Positions 29,101 through 39,725 are shown, counted from the stretch's first letter. The stretch: 64,000 bases of DNA from Lentimicrobiaceae bacterium (GCA_028697555.1 JAQVEX010000003.1:12450-76449); one strand, 5' to 3'. Notes: generated by a model from the letters alone, not told the origin. Numbers and translations: made by a program.

Positions 29101-30394
29101 CATCAATAATTCCGTTTCCAAAGTTAACACCGTTAATTGCACATGCATTAACTAAGGTTAAAACAGAGTCGCCGGGCGACTGGTTAAGAGCAACCATTTG
29201 GAGTGTAGAGTCGTACTCAACTATAGCACAACTTCCAAAAAAGGTTGGACCTTCGTCGTAGCTGTACGGATTGAATGAAGGGTTGTCGTAACCGTCGGGG
29301 TCAAGATAAGGACCTTGGAAGAAGTCAACACCGACTGCCGGTGGATTTTCTCCGTATGTCCATACTTGATTATTACCGTCAACAGGACGACCGTTGTAGC
29401 AATATCCCAAACCTCTGATAACATCGCAACCAACATAGTCGTCGTAAGCGAAACCTAACTCAGAGTCAACCCATTGCGAGAAGTAGGTATTATTTAAGGT
29501 ATATGTAGAACGGTTAATAATTTCGTATGAGTAGAAAGTCATATCGTTAATTTCGTCGTTGGTGCTGAAAGCAAAAGCCTGAGCTCTGATTTCCAAGCCT
29601 ATAGGCTGTCCACCGGTTTCTGAGTGAACGTCGCCTTTATCATTGAACACCCACCACAAAGTTCCGTCACCTTTCAACACTTGGTCAACCAAAATACCAT
29701 TACCCTCCATTGTAGGAATATTGGTGTGGCACAACTCGTTTGTCAAGTCGTAGTACGGATAATCTCCATCTTCCCATTTGTATTCTCCGTCTCCGTTTAC
29801 GTCTTTAAAAGGAGCTAAATATCTGGGTTGGTGTAGATTTTCTTTTCCGTGTGCCGGATAGTCTCTAATTGATTCAGGCACTTGATAAGTTGGGTATGCT
29901 GACGGATTTTGGTTATAAGCCAAAAATTCATCTACTTCAGCACGAGATATCGAGAATATTTTATCGTACTCTTCGCAAACTTCTCTGGTAATAGAAGCAG
30001 GGTTATCGCCACTAACCGTGAGCGGTCCGGGGAAGTAGTCGATACCAACTTGGCGGAAACGTTGTGCAGCAAGTTTTAGCTGTCCTTGGTTGTCAAGACC
30101 TCCAATCCACAATGCTGCAGCAAACATACTGGTTTTTTTCGAACCCTTTGGAATTTCGTATTGTCCAATTTCGAAGTCCCACCACATGTCGCCGCTGGTG
30201 TTGATACGTGTTCTTACGTTGTTAATTTCGAGCCACTTAAAGTTAGCACCCGCCTTACATCCTGCGGCTGTGGCTTTTATTTGAGCAGGCGAACTTTTTT
30301 CGTATCTGTATCTTTCGGCTTGTACTTCAGACGAAAACAAGAATAAAAACCCGACTGCTAATAAGCTTAAAAGTATTTTTTTCATTTGTATCAT
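26114..30394 (-). CDS. very large secreted protein of unknown function with a T9SS-type C-terminal sorting domain
   Basis: 1426 aa. Signal peptide (LFLFSSEVQA). I recognise no catalytic domain. The last ~95 aa (VVPNPYYGYN...VKIVNLPPTCDISIYNTGGNLIRKF...VDWDLTNYAGIPVAGGIYIIYVKSPQGEKVVKFF) fit the type A CTD pattern (PNP ... IYxxxGxxV ... GxYxxxV ... K). The start could be the Met 3 codons downstream. Confidence 0.6.
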   Translation of the reverse strand: MIQMKKILLSLLAVGFLFLFSSEVQAERYRYEKSSPAQIKATAAGCKAGANFKWLEINNVRTRINTSGDMWWDFEIGQYEIPKGSKKTSMFAAALWIGGLDNQGQLKLAAQRFRQVGIDYFPGPLTVSGDNPASITREVCEEYDKIFSISRAEVDEFLAYNQNPSAYPTYQVPESIRDYPAHGKENLHQPRYLAPFKDVNGDGEYKWEDGDYPYYDLTNELCHTNIPTMEGNGILVDQVLKGDGTLWWVFNDKGDVHSETGGQPIGLEIRAQAFAFSTNDEINDMTFYSYEIINRSTYTLNNTYFSQWVDSELGFAYDDYVGCDVIRGLGYCYNGRPVDGNNQVWTYGENPPAVGVDFFQGPYLDPDGYDNPSFNPYSYDEGPTFFGSCAIVEYDSTLQMVALNQSPGDSVLTLVNACAINGVNFGNGIIDDERFGMRRFVYHNNESGNQGDPHYAKDYYNYLTGRWKDGKRMEYGGTAYPGQGGTYGPVCDFMFPGNTDICDWGTGGLQPNGPKDWTEESSGNPPGDRRFMQSAGPFTLRPGAVNYITVGIPWARATSGGPMASVRKLQVVDDKCQQLFDNCFKVITGPNAPDLTLRELDKAIIIYISNRRTPDDGNNFNEKYVEYDPRIQAPDPSVSWDSLYRFEGYQIFQLRDATVTVADIKDVDKARPVFQCDLKNDVSSIINYYYNADLNSNEAYQEVRGENKGIVHSVKITKDAFTNEALVNHKQYYYLALAYAYNNYKPYNPLDPDMLDGQMLPYLAGRKNIRVYTGIPHQTVGLLSPKAEYGDGVVITRIAGQGNGGNYLELDESSIEEILSKPMMDSTNNTLGMDTYPIAYNLKYKEGRGPIDVKVIDPLNVKNAEYVVKFDPMHDVVYKFQNKDTLMPVGTWTLTDLSTGKVYHSDTSTVVKNEQLFLDLGLSINIQQSLYFGLYVTNVEIRPDYDTAGNLTGYDYVYTREPQLENNGFLGATMEFEDPTKPYIDFVPDIDGHELFDWIRAGMIKNWDWKAIGNFFDPQGIYEQVLEGRWSPMIFAQSDGYIAPSYSVQSDAMRNQFINTQLSSVDIVFTPDKSKWTRCAVVELSRAKNQSQGKVEQFELRAHRSLNQNGDTAVVSSDPALNSDFIHPYGMSWFPGYAINVETGERLNIVFGEDSRYPEENGADLLFNPAPLRLDYEYAPVDFPIGGRHYIYVMSTYTGKKAKLGITSPIHPASVFDHPAYDGCAHFVKQITRPAIPVLARQFRAQQLSNAMWVAVPYSTPQTGEWLNCDLKIQIRVQKPYERYFSVPMAGAHADNDYWPMYKFTTENVATEYNDVAKAENDLDKIAVVPNPYYGYNQYETDQLDKRVKIVNLPPTCDISIYNTGGNLIRKFSKDDPTISSVDWDLTNYAGIPVAGGIYIIYVKSPQGEKVVKFFGSPRQIDLNAF

Positions 30395-30451
30395 ATTTTT
30401 TTCAGTTATACTCTTTTTAAGAGATTATTTTTTAATTATCTATAGTTTGAA

Positions 30452-33400
30452 TTAAAAGTTTAAACCTATACCCAAGCGAATCATTCTTGGTGAGCTGTAG
30501 TGATAAGGATTATTAACTCTTATTGAATACAAGTCGATAAATGTTTGAGTACTTATTTGGTTGTTTATCTCTGTTTGATACTCAGCTGCACTCAAGAATC
30601 CGTCATCATCGGGGTTACCTGTTGCAGAATAAACACCCATTATGTTTTTAGAGTTAAGAATATTTAGCACCTGTAGATAAACGTTTAGGTAATAATTCTT
30701 TTTATTTCCGTTTTTATCTTTTTGCGTAGCAAAAGTAAAGTCTTTGTCTAAACGTCCGTCGAAACGGAAAGACCATGGCATACGAGAACCGTTATACGAA
30801 CCTTCGATAATTTTTTGGACACGGTATACCGGATATATTTTGCTTGAACGTGTATAAGGAGTACCCGAACCACCGTTCATAGAAATATTTATACCTGTAT
30901 TAGCCAATATATCTTTTCCTCCAACCTTTGGACCGTTGTAGTCTTGTCCTTCGCCATAGCGGAAGTCAAAGTTAAGAACTAAAGCGTGACGTCTGTCGTG
31001 TGTTAGTGGGAATAAGTTACGCAAGTTAGGTTGTCCCGAGCTGATAAGAGCTTTTGAAGTTTCAGGATCGGAACCTGTACCGTTAGCAAACTGTAATGTG
31101 TAGCTTGCTCTTAAACGAACATTACCTGTACGGCGTAAATCGTATGTTAAAGTAAGACCTTTAACTGTACCAAAGTCTATATTATGGTATGAATAATATG
31201 TTTTAGGATATGCTCCTGTATAACGGAACGACTGGATTTGGTCTCTTGATTCGATATAGAACGCCGAAATATTAATTGACGATGTATTGGTTAGTTTTTG
31301 TTTATAACCTAACTCGTAGTTAACGTTTTGTTCGGGTTTCAAATCAGGGTTAGAGAAAGTAGGATTGCTTTCATTAGCCCAGTATAAATAGTTAACAGGG
31401 TCGAAAGTGTTAGCAGATTTAGGACGTTGTGTAATAACGTCGTAGTGAGCATAGAATAAAGCCTCATCGGTAACCGGGAATGAGAATGATATACGAGGCA
31501 TTACAGACCATTGCGGTTTGTAATCGGAGAACGAGCTATTAAAGTTTTCGCGTTCTACCTTATCTAATGTTTTAAAGTAAGGTATAAGACCTATATCTGT
31601 TTTAATAGAACTCTTTTCAGGGTCAACAACTTCGTTTCCACCTGCGTCGTACCAAACATTTTCATGTCTGTAACCTTTAACAGTAGTAGGATTTTCCATA
31701 TTATCGACGTAAATTTTATAATCATCGCCCATGCTTGCAGGGTGAGTAAAATTATTGTCTTCTCCAACTGTTCTGATAGGATATAGAGAATATGGGTCGG
31801 CAAGTACCGGCTGGTTAGCATCGAAACGGTCGACTCTAACACCTACGTTAAATACCAAATCTTCGAAAGCAAATTTATCTTGTAGATAAAATGCCATGTA
31901 AATTGGTTCTTCGGCTGCAATCGGGCGTGTATAAACTCCGTTTTCATCTCTCTTGGTAAAGAAGTCCATATGACTTGGTTTATTAGCTCCGGTAAACTTG
32001 TTGCCGTGGAAATCGTAGCCTCTGGCGTAAGCAAACTGTCTGGAACTGTTAGGACCTAACAACTCATCAGCACTAAAGAAAGTAATATCTATAGGCTTCG
32101 ACAAGGTAACGGTTCTTCTAACCATATCGTTATCGTAGTACGAAATTGTGTACGTTTCGGGATTGTACGAATCTATATCTATGTATTCGCTACCATTTGT
32201 TGGTAAGCCCATTGCTTCTCTTAATCTTCTGTCAAATACGTATTGTGTTTCGGTACCAACTAAGAATTTATAATCACGTTGGTACACATCGCACACTACT
32301 CCGTCTATTTCAATTTGTCTTTGAAGATCAGTGTCTATTGGGTTTTCTAAGTCTAACTGTTTAATATGCGAGTTTGTACTCAAATACATATGACTCCAAA
32401 AAGCTGTAGGTGCATATCCTACATAAGAATATGTTCCACGTTCGAAAGTCATACCGAATTTAACTTCGTGATTTTTAATATCGCCCGATATATTGAAGTT
32501 AGCTGTAAACTGAGTTGACGAACTCATTGAATAACCTGATTGACGTGCACCTGGCATACCAAACAAACTGTAAATTCCGCCAAAACGAGTGTTAGGGGTT
32601 TGTCCGTTTAGCAAACCACCATATCCATATAGTTCCTCTCTGTATTTAAAGCTACCAAATTGTTCGTAAACGTCTGTGGTATGGTTGGCAATAAGCGGGT
32701 TATAAGTTGAAGGTGTGAAAATGATTGCAGTATCTGCATATCCGTCAAATTCATAATAAAATCTTCTATTGGCTGTATCTGCCACCTCATTGTACGCCCT
32801 CTTCTTATGTGTATCAAACTGTCCAACATGTCCGTAAGCCATTAAGTTATCTTTTAGCTCAGCATCTTCTCTTTTGCCAAACGACTGCGAGTAGTCTGCC
32901 TGAAGCTCAAGATATACGTTCTTAAATACCGAATTGCTTTCCGGATTGTTAGGGAAGCGATGAGTATATCTACCGTAAACTCTCCAGGTATTACCACTTA
33001 CCATGCTATTGTTGTCGTAGTTGAACATTGAGTTATAATAACTGAAATCTCTTCTGGAGAATAGATTATACGAACCTCCGAAGGTAAGGTTGGCATTTTG
33101 CGAAAGAGTAACGTCGAACTTACCTGTTGCATTTATACTAAAGTTATTGCTATTACGGGTTGATTTTGAAAATTCAAGATCGTCCTTAGTAATAAATAAG
33201 GCTTTGTAATGGTTTGGGGTATTTGGTTGGAATGGATGCTCTAACATGTCTTCCAAAACATCATCTTTAATATAGTAAGATCCAATTGCAAGAGGACTTC
33301 CGTCTTTTCTATAGGTAGCATCGGCTGCTATAAAGTATCCAACAAGTGCTCTATTTGTTGTTTTGTTAACAAAAATAGGTCCTGTGATGTTAAGCCCTGC

Positions 33401-34147
33401 TCTATTATATCCGTACGGGTCTAGCAATTCTGAGGTTTGAAGTTCAAGACCTCCTCCAAACATTCTTGAAGGTCCTCTTGTTGTAACGTTGGTAATACCA
33501 CCGATAGCATCACCGTATTGTGCCGGCAAACCACCCAACATAACCGATACCTGCTCAATAGCAGATTCGGGGAGGCTGCTCGAACCTATAACTTTAATAC
33601 CGTCGATGTACATAACGTTACCTTCAGTTCTTTGTCCTCTCACACTACCAACTTCACCGTCGCGTGAAAAAACTCCACCAACGCTGGTAGCAACGGATGC
33701 AGCACTTCTGATAGGCATCTTTGCGATTTCCTCAGATGTAACTGTACCGCCTTGTACTGTGTTGTCTTTACTAATAAGAGGTACTTTGTAGTCAACCACG
33801 ACGACTTCTTCCAACTGAGTAGATGTTGACTCTAACTCAATGTCTAAGAATTCGGTTTTGTTGGCTGCAATAACAAATCCTCTGATAAGCACGGGTGAAT
33901 ATCCAACGTAAGAAACTCTTACATCGTATGTTCCCGGCTGTACCGGTTTAATTGTGTAATTTCCATCAAAATCGGTTGTACCACCGCCTGCTTGTGTGCC
34001 ACCGTGCTCAACAACAATATTTGCAAATGGAATCGGTTCTTTGGTTTTTTTATCGTAAATCTTTCCCCTCAACGCACCCGATTGAGCGTATCCAAAGGTA
34101 CTTGCGACTAAAAACCAAACGAAGAATAGGAGTATTTTTCTTTTCAT
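30452..34147 (-). CDS. TonB-dependent receptor-like outer-membrane protein with N-terminal carboxypeptidase-regulatory-like domain
   Basis: 1231 aa. Signal peptide, CarboxypepD_reg-like fold (GKIYDKKTKEPIPFANIVV...TDFDGNYTIKPVQPGTYDVRVSYVGY), plug region (RGQRTEGNVMYIDGIKV...GGLPAQYGDAIGGITNVTT), a long beta-barrel, terminal ...GIGLNF. Confidence 0.8.
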   Translation of the reverse strand: MKRKILLFFVWFLVASTFGYAQSGALRGKIYDKKTKEPIPFANIVVEHGGTQAGGGTTDFDGNYTIKPVQPGTYDVRVSYVGYSPVLIRGFVIAANKTEFLDIELESTSTQLEEVVVVDYKVPLISKDNTVQGGTVTSEEIAKMPIRSAASVATSVGGVFSRDGEVGSVRGQRTEGNVMYIDGIKVIGSSSLPESAIEQVSVMLGGLPAQYGDAIGGITNVTTRGPSRMFGGGLELQTSELLDPYGYNRAGLNITGPIFVNKTTNRALVGYFIAADATYRKDGSPLAIGSYYIKDDVLEDMLEHPFQPNTPNHYKALFITKDDLEFSKSTRNSNNFSINATGKFDVTLSQNANLTFGGSYNLFSRRDFSYYNSMFNYDNNSMVSGNTWRVYGRYTHRFPNNPESNSVFKNVYLELQADYSQSFGKREDAELKDNLMAYGHVGQFDTHKKRAYNEVADTANRRFYYEFDGYADTAIIFTPSTYNPLIANHTTDVYEQFGSFKYREELYGYGGLLNGQTPNTRFGGIYSLFGMPGARQSGYSMSSSTQFTANFNISGDIKNHEVKFGMTFERGTYSYVGYAPTAFWSHMYLSTNSHIKQLDLENPIDTDLQRQIEIDGVVCDVYQRDYKFLVGTETQYVFDRRLREAMGLPTNGSEYIDIDSYNPETYTISYYDNDMVRRTVTLSKPIDITFFSADELLGPNSSRQFAYARGYDFHGNKFTGANKPSHMDFFTKRDENGVYTRPIAAEEPIYMAFYLQDKFAFEDLVFNVGVRVDRFDANQPVLADPYSLYPIRTVGEDNNFTHPASMGDDYKIYVDNMENPTTVKGYRHENVWYDAGGNEVVDPEKSSIKTDIGLIPYFKTLDKVERENFNSSFSDYKPQWSVMPRISFSFPVTDEALFYAHYDVITQRPKSANTFDPVNYLYWANESNPTFSNPDLKPEQNVNYELGYKQKLTNTSSINISAFYIESRDQIQSFRYTGAYPKTYYSYHNIDFGTVKGLTLTYDLRRTGNVRLRASYTLQFANGTGSDPETSKALISSGQPNLRNLFPLTHDRRHALVLNFDFRYGEGQDYNGPKVGGKDILANTGINISMNGGSGTPYTRSSKIYPVYRVQKIIEGSYNGSRMPWSFRFDGRLDKDFTFATQKDKNGNKKNYYLNVYLQVLNILNSKNIMGVYSATGNPDDDGFLSAAEYQTEINNQISTQTFIDLYSIRVNNPYHYSSPRMIRLGIGLNF

Positions 34148-34297
34148 ACTGAATTGGTTTATTTGTAAATAATAGTTTAATTTTATTTATTTTAATTTAA
34201 TTCTTATTTATTCAATACTTATCAAAATAAGGTGTCAAAGATAATATATTTTTAACCAAATTTAACAAGAACAAGAAATTTGATGAAAAATTTTTTG

Positions 34298-34687
34298 TTA
34301 AAAATATTTTTTATTTAGCAACTCGCTGTATATCACAGCCTTTTGCAAATCAAAATTTATTGCTAATTTTTCGTCTTTTATATCTTCTACCTGTATTTTG
34401 TCGATATTTTCTAGTTTATTAGAATAATCGTATTCAATTTCATCAATTATTGTTTCGAGAGAGTCTTCCGAAAGAGGCTTATACCTAGTGCCCGAACTTC
34501 TCGTATTTTCTTCGTAATCGGAAAGAGTATCTGCTTTACTATCAACAATATCCCTCAAAGCGGATTGCTTGTTTAGCTTTTCCTGCTTCTTTTTTTTCGC
34601 TTCGTAAACCGAAAATATAACCCAAAAAGCAGTAAACAGAATGAATAATATCGTGTTCATAGTAAGGCTTAAAAAAATATTTTTCAA
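34298..34687 (-). CDS. hypothetical membrane-anchored protein
   Basis: 129-aa ORF with one N-terminal hydrophobic helix, then a K-rich stretch and an acidic tail. No recognisable family; start uncertain. Confidence 0.4.
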   Translation of the reverse strand: MKNIFLSLTMNTILFILFTAFWVIFSVYEAKKKKQEKLNKQSALRDIVDSKADTLSDYEENTRSSGTRYKPLSEDSLETIIDEIEYDYSNKLENIDKIQVEDIKDEKLAINFDLQKAVIYSELLNKKYF

Positions 34688-34821
34688 AGATAAAAGATTT
34701 TTAATATTTTAACCTGAAAATCGTATTTTTTTTGTTAAAACTGTAATATATTATAATAAGGTATAGCAATTATTTTTTTATCTGAGAAAAATAAATTTGT
34801 AAAAAGCTGATAGGGTTTAAA

Positions 34822-35058
34822 TTACTTTCTGTTAAACCTTTTAGCTTTTTTACGTGTTCTTTTCATCATCTTTTGAGTTTCTTTGTCTTGTTTTTTGAAG
34901 TGAGCCTTTTTCAACTTTTTGTATTCTTTTTGCTGAGCTTTAACTATGGCTCTTTCTCTACGTTCTACTTTTTTTTGCTGGCTACGGCTAAAAATACCAC
35001 ACGATGAAGTTGTAACTATCAAGAATACTAAAAGCAGAATTTTAAAAAATTTGTTCAT
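34822..35058 (-). CDS. small, extremely basic putative lipoprotein
   Basis: 78 aa. Signal peptide plus lipobox (VTTSSC), followed by a K/R-rich helical tail (KKVERRERAIVKAQQKEYKKLKK...). Confidence 0.45.
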   Translation of the reverse strand: MNKFFKILLLVFLIVTTSSCGIFSRSQQKKVERRERAIVKAQQKEYKKLKKAHFKKQDKETQKMMKRTRKKAKRFNRK

Positions 35059-35149
35059 TTCAATAAAATAAAAAGTGTTTAATGTAAGTTGTCTAATTAT
35101 AAAAAAACTTTATCTTTATAGTTCCTTTATATTGAAACGCAAAATTGTT

Positions 35150-35572
35150 ATGAAACGTACATATAAAAATATTTTTTTTACTTTGTTATGCTCCTTTTTC
35201 ATGTTTTTATCGTGTGGCGATAAAAACTATCCTGATATACCCTACGTTAATGTCGACAGGTACTTGTATATTAACTCAATGGATTATATTCCCGTAGGTG
35301 GATACAAGTACATAGACGATGGCTACAGAGGTTTGATTGTTTACAGAATTATGACCAACGAGTTTTCGGTATTTGAAAGGTGCTGCCCACACGATCCCGA
35401 AAAGATAACAGCAAAAGTATTTGTTGAAGAATCGGGCGTTATATGTATTGACACAACTTGTGGAAGTCGTTTTAATTTGGTTGACGGAGGCAAAATTGAA
35501 GGTCCATCGATTTACCCTTTAAAAATGTATCGCCATAGCTTTGATGGGGAGGTCTTACATATATATAATTAG
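35150..35572 (+). CDS. Rieske-fold-like small lipoprotein (incomplete cluster ligands)
   Basis: Start taken at the ATG at 35150 (MKRTYKN...), not the GTG at 35075. Lipobox FLSCGD. CPH box (ERCCPHD) followed by CGSR instead of CxxH, with a GP...L..Y tail typical of Rieske-like domains. Confidence 0.5.
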   Translation: MKRTYKNIFFTLLCSFFMFLSCGDKNYPDIPYVNVDRYLYINSMDYIPVGGYKYIDDGYRGLIVYRIMTNEFSVFERCCPHDPEKITAKVFVEESGVICIDTTCGSRFNLVDGGKIEGPSIYPLKMYRHSFDGEVLHIYN

Positions 35573-35775
35573 TGGTACGGGTTACGGGTTGCGGGGTGCG
35601 GGGTGCGGGTTAGTCCCGAAGTTTCGGAAGAGTTACGAGTTATGAGTCGGGAGTTTTGAGTTAGGAGTTAGGAGTTACGAATATTTTTCCTGACTCAGAA
35701 CTCAAAACTCAGAACTAATTCACTAACCACTCATCACCCATCACCCATCACCCATCACCAACCACCGACCACCAC
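35573..35775. repeat. mosaic heptamer-array intergenic element, copy D (type II, long imperfect hairpin)
   Basis: Order: GGTTACG/GGTTGCG/GGGTGCG heptamers, GGGTTAG, hairpin TCCCGAAGTTTCGGA, GAGTTAYG-type units, a loop, complementary CTCAGAACTCAAAACTCAGAAC, then CATCACC x3 and ACCACCGACCACC. Begins right after the stop of the upstream gene. Confidence 0.9.
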
Positions 35776-35790
35776 TTGCACATTTACACA

Positions 35791-35820
35791 AAAAAAGCTG
35801 CCTTTACAGACAGCTTTTTG
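35791..35820. terminator. bidirectional rho-independent terminator (groEL on the minus strand; Rieske-like gene on the plus strand)
   Basis: AAAAAGCTG-N10-CAGCTTTTT with A-run and T-run on both sides. 26 nt beyond the groEL stop. Confidence 0.7.
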
Positions 35821-35845
35821 TTTTATAAGAATATTTACTTATCTA

Positions 35846-37480
<1,635 letters not shown>

Positions 37481-37518
37481 CGTTGTAAATTTTAAATGTT
37501 GTTATTGTTTTCGGTTAT

Positions 37519-37797
37519 TTAGATAATTGCTAAAATATCACTTTCTCTCATCATAAGATAATCTTCACCGTTATAATTCAATTCGGTTCCCGAATATTTT
37601 CCATACAATACGGTATCGCCTACCTTTACAGTAAGTGGTTCATCTTTTTTGCCGTTACCTACTGCGACAACTTCTCCTTTTTGTGGTTTTTCTTTAGCTG
37701 TGTCGGGAATAATAATACCGCCTGCTGTTTTTTGTTCTGCTTCTGCCGGTTTAACTAAAACACGGTCTGCTAATGGTTTAATGTTAATTTTAGACAT
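37519..37797 (-). CDS. groS: co-chaperonin GroES
   Basis: 92 aa. [12 protein letters not shown]...[13 protein letters not shown] mobile loop. Confidence 0.97.
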   Translation of the reverse strand: MSKINIKPLADRVLVKPAEAEQKTAGGIIIPDTAKEKPQKGEVVAVGNGKKDEPLTVKVGDTVLYGKYSGTELNYNGEDYLMMRESDILAII

Positions 37798-37997
37798 ATT
37801 ATTAAATTTATTTTTAAGTTAATTTATTATTCAAATACGCCTTAGTATTTCATAATTTATGCCATTTTATTTTTTAAAGGCTTAAAAAATGGTAATTTAA
37901 GAAAGTAAAAGCTGATAATAATTTAAAATGCTGCAATAAAGACGCTGTGTGTCAGCATATTACGCTAAATAAAGGAATTGTTAATGTCCGTCTTAAA

Positions 37998-38032
37998 AAT
38001 AAAAAAAGTGTCAGTTTTTAGACTGACACTTT
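37998..38032 (-). terminator. rho-independent terminator after secG
   Basis: The minus strand reads AGTGTCAG-TCTAAAAA-CTGACACT followed by TTTTTTTATTTTT. 24 nt after the secG stop. Confidence 0.75.
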
Positions 38033-38055
38033 GTCGGAATAATATCTTATCAATT

Positions 38056-38385
38056 TTATTCTTCTGTCGGAATTGGCTGATAATCTTGAATAGGCACTGC
38101 ATTTTCGTCAATAACTTGTCTCAACTCTGTATCAGCTTCGATGTTGTGTCTTACACCACGTGGTATAGCTACAACAGAAATCAATGATAATGCCAAAATG
38201 ACTATTGCAGTTCCCCAAGTAAATTTTTCTAAGAAGTCGGTGGTTTTTCTAACTCCCATGTACTGATTTGACGAAGAAAAATTAGAAGCCAAACCTCCAC
38301 CTTTTGAGTTTTGCACCAACACTACCAATATAGTTAGCACTGCTGCTATAAGAATTAAAATTGCTATAAAAACGTATGCGTTCAT
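38056..38385 (-). CDS. secG: preprotein translocase subunit SecG
   Basis: 109 aa. Two TM helices flanking the LVQNSKGGGLAS motif typical of SecG. Confidence 0.85.
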   Translation of the reverse strand: MNAYVFIAILILIAAVLTILVVLVQNSKGGGLASNFSSSNQYMGVRKTTDFLEKFTWGTAIVILALSLISVVAIPRGVRHNIEADTELRQVIDENAVPIQDYQPIPTEE

Positions 38386-39185
38386 GTTATAAAATTTTGA
38401 CTTTTTTGTATTTCTTTAATTTGGTTTGCAAAGTAAACACTTTTTTCCGGATTAAGCAAAATTAATTTTTCGTAAATTTCAATTGCCTTATCAAAATGCC
38501 CTTGATTTTTATATATTTCAGCCAAAGCTTCCGACACCAAATCGTCGGGTTTAGTATCGCTTTGTTTGGCAACATTGTATGGTCTAAAGAAGTCCCCTTT
38601 TTTGGGTTTTATGCTGGGCTGATTGCTAATAAAGGCATCTATTAAGTCTTGCTGACTATATATTTCATCTTGCTCATCTTGAGTATCGGTGTATTGTTCA
38701 TCTAGTTCAGTCGATGAATTTATATTTTCTGGTGAATTTTCCGACAGTTTTATTCTAATTCTATTTACTAGTTTATTTAACTGCTCATTGGTTGTTTCTT
38801 TTTGAGAAATTGTTTCGGGTTTCTCATCAATGACATCAATATCTGTTTGCTCGGTTTTGGTTACTTCAACATTTTGGGTATCTACTTCCTTATTATTATA
38901 GTAAGCATCTCGACTATGGCTCACACTTTGATTCACCAAAGGTTTTTCTTCTAAAAATTTTTTTAGCATCGCTCTATCCGAAGCATATGCCGAAGCTAAT
39001 TTTAGCGAAAGCGGATAAGCCTTATGTTTGGTATTGAGCAGATTTTTTGCAAGTAAAACTCTAGCCAACTGAAACGACGGATATTTGCGAATAACCTTCC
39101 ATAACTCATTAACAACCAACCTGTCCATGCTTTCGGGTTGCCGGATATACCTTGTTAAATGTGCTATTGTTATATTGTTTTCCAT
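38382..39185 (-). CDS. TPR-containing hypothetical protein
   Basis: 267 aa. Acidic low-complexity centre and a C-terminal TPR-like unit (EALAEIYKNQGHFDKAIEIYEKLILLNPE). 4-nt overlap with the secG start suggests translational coupling. Confidence 0.6.
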   Translation of the reverse strand: MENNITIAHLTRYIRQPESMDRLVVNELWKVIRKYPSFQLARVLLAKNLLNTKHKAYPLSLKLASAYASDRAMLKKFLEEKPLVNQSVSHSRDAYYNNKEVDTQNVEVTKTEQTDIDVIDEKPETISQKETTNEQLNKLVNRIRIKLSENSPENINSSTELDEQYTDTQDEQDEIYSQQDLIDAFISNQPSIKPKKGDFFRPYNVAKQSDTKPDDLVSEALAEIYKNQGHFDKAIEIYEKLILLNPEKSVYFANQIKEIQKSQNFIT

Positions 39186-39189
39186 AGTT

Positions 39190-39720
39190 TTACCAATTTA
39201 CTACGGCTCTGTTAAATATATCGTCGGTAAGTTCTTCATTAATAGTTTCAATCAATGCGTTTTCTACCTGCGATAGTTGTAATCTTGAATCGAAGTCTGC
39301 ATAGCGGCTAAAAGATTGCTCAAAATTTTGTTTTTCGTCTTTTGTATTAACAAACCTGACTCTAACGTTTATTCTGAGTCTTTGCATAGAAGCTCTTTGA
39401 TCGCTTGTAACAGCAACAGGTTCGAGGTTATAGTCGGTTATTTCGCCCTCGAGAGTAAGGTCGCCGTTGTTGTTTACCAAAGATAAAGTCGATTGATTTA
39501 CAAATTTATCTCTAAGTGCTTCGGTAAATACCCTACTCAAGGTCGGATTTACCATTCGAGATTTATTTTGAAAATAATCTATACTTATAGTTTTAACATC
39601 AGGACTAATACTTGCTCCGGTAAATGAATATACACCACACGAGACGTACAAAAACGAAGTAATTACGGTTATCAATCCGAAACACGATATTTTGCAGTAT
39701 TGTCTGAATGTACGACTCAT
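39190..39720 (-). CDS. lptE: LptE-like LPS-assembly lipoprotein
   Basis: 176 aa. Lipobox (YVSCG), then SFTGASISPDVKTISIDYFQN..., resembling Bacteroidota LptE family proteins. Assignment from recall of the family and its conserved position upstream of secG. Confidence 0.5.
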   Translation of the reverse strand: MSRTFRQYCKISCFGLITVITSFLYVSCGVYSFTGASISPDVKTISIDYFQNKSRMVNPTLSRVFTEALRDKFVNQSTLSLVNNNGDLTLEGEITDYNLEPVAVTSDQRASMQRLRINVRVRFVNTKDEKQNFEQSFSRYADFDSRLQLSQVENALIETINEELTDDIFNRAVVNW

Positions 39721-39725
39721 TATTT

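Noticed and set aside
26114-30394. Identification of the 1426-aa protein as PorU (C25-like T9SS sortase), considered because porU-porV are usually adjacent
   Set aside because: I cannot find a gingipain/C25-like catalytic His/Cys context or any PorU-like block by eye, and the downstream barrel is shorter than typical PorV. It is left as unknown function pending an HMM search.
37798-38055. CIRCE/HrcA operator (TTAGCACTC-N9-GAGTGCTAA) or a standard TAnnTTTG -7 box upstream of groES
   Set aside because: Neither motif is present. The only strong hairpin in this spacer is the secG terminator.
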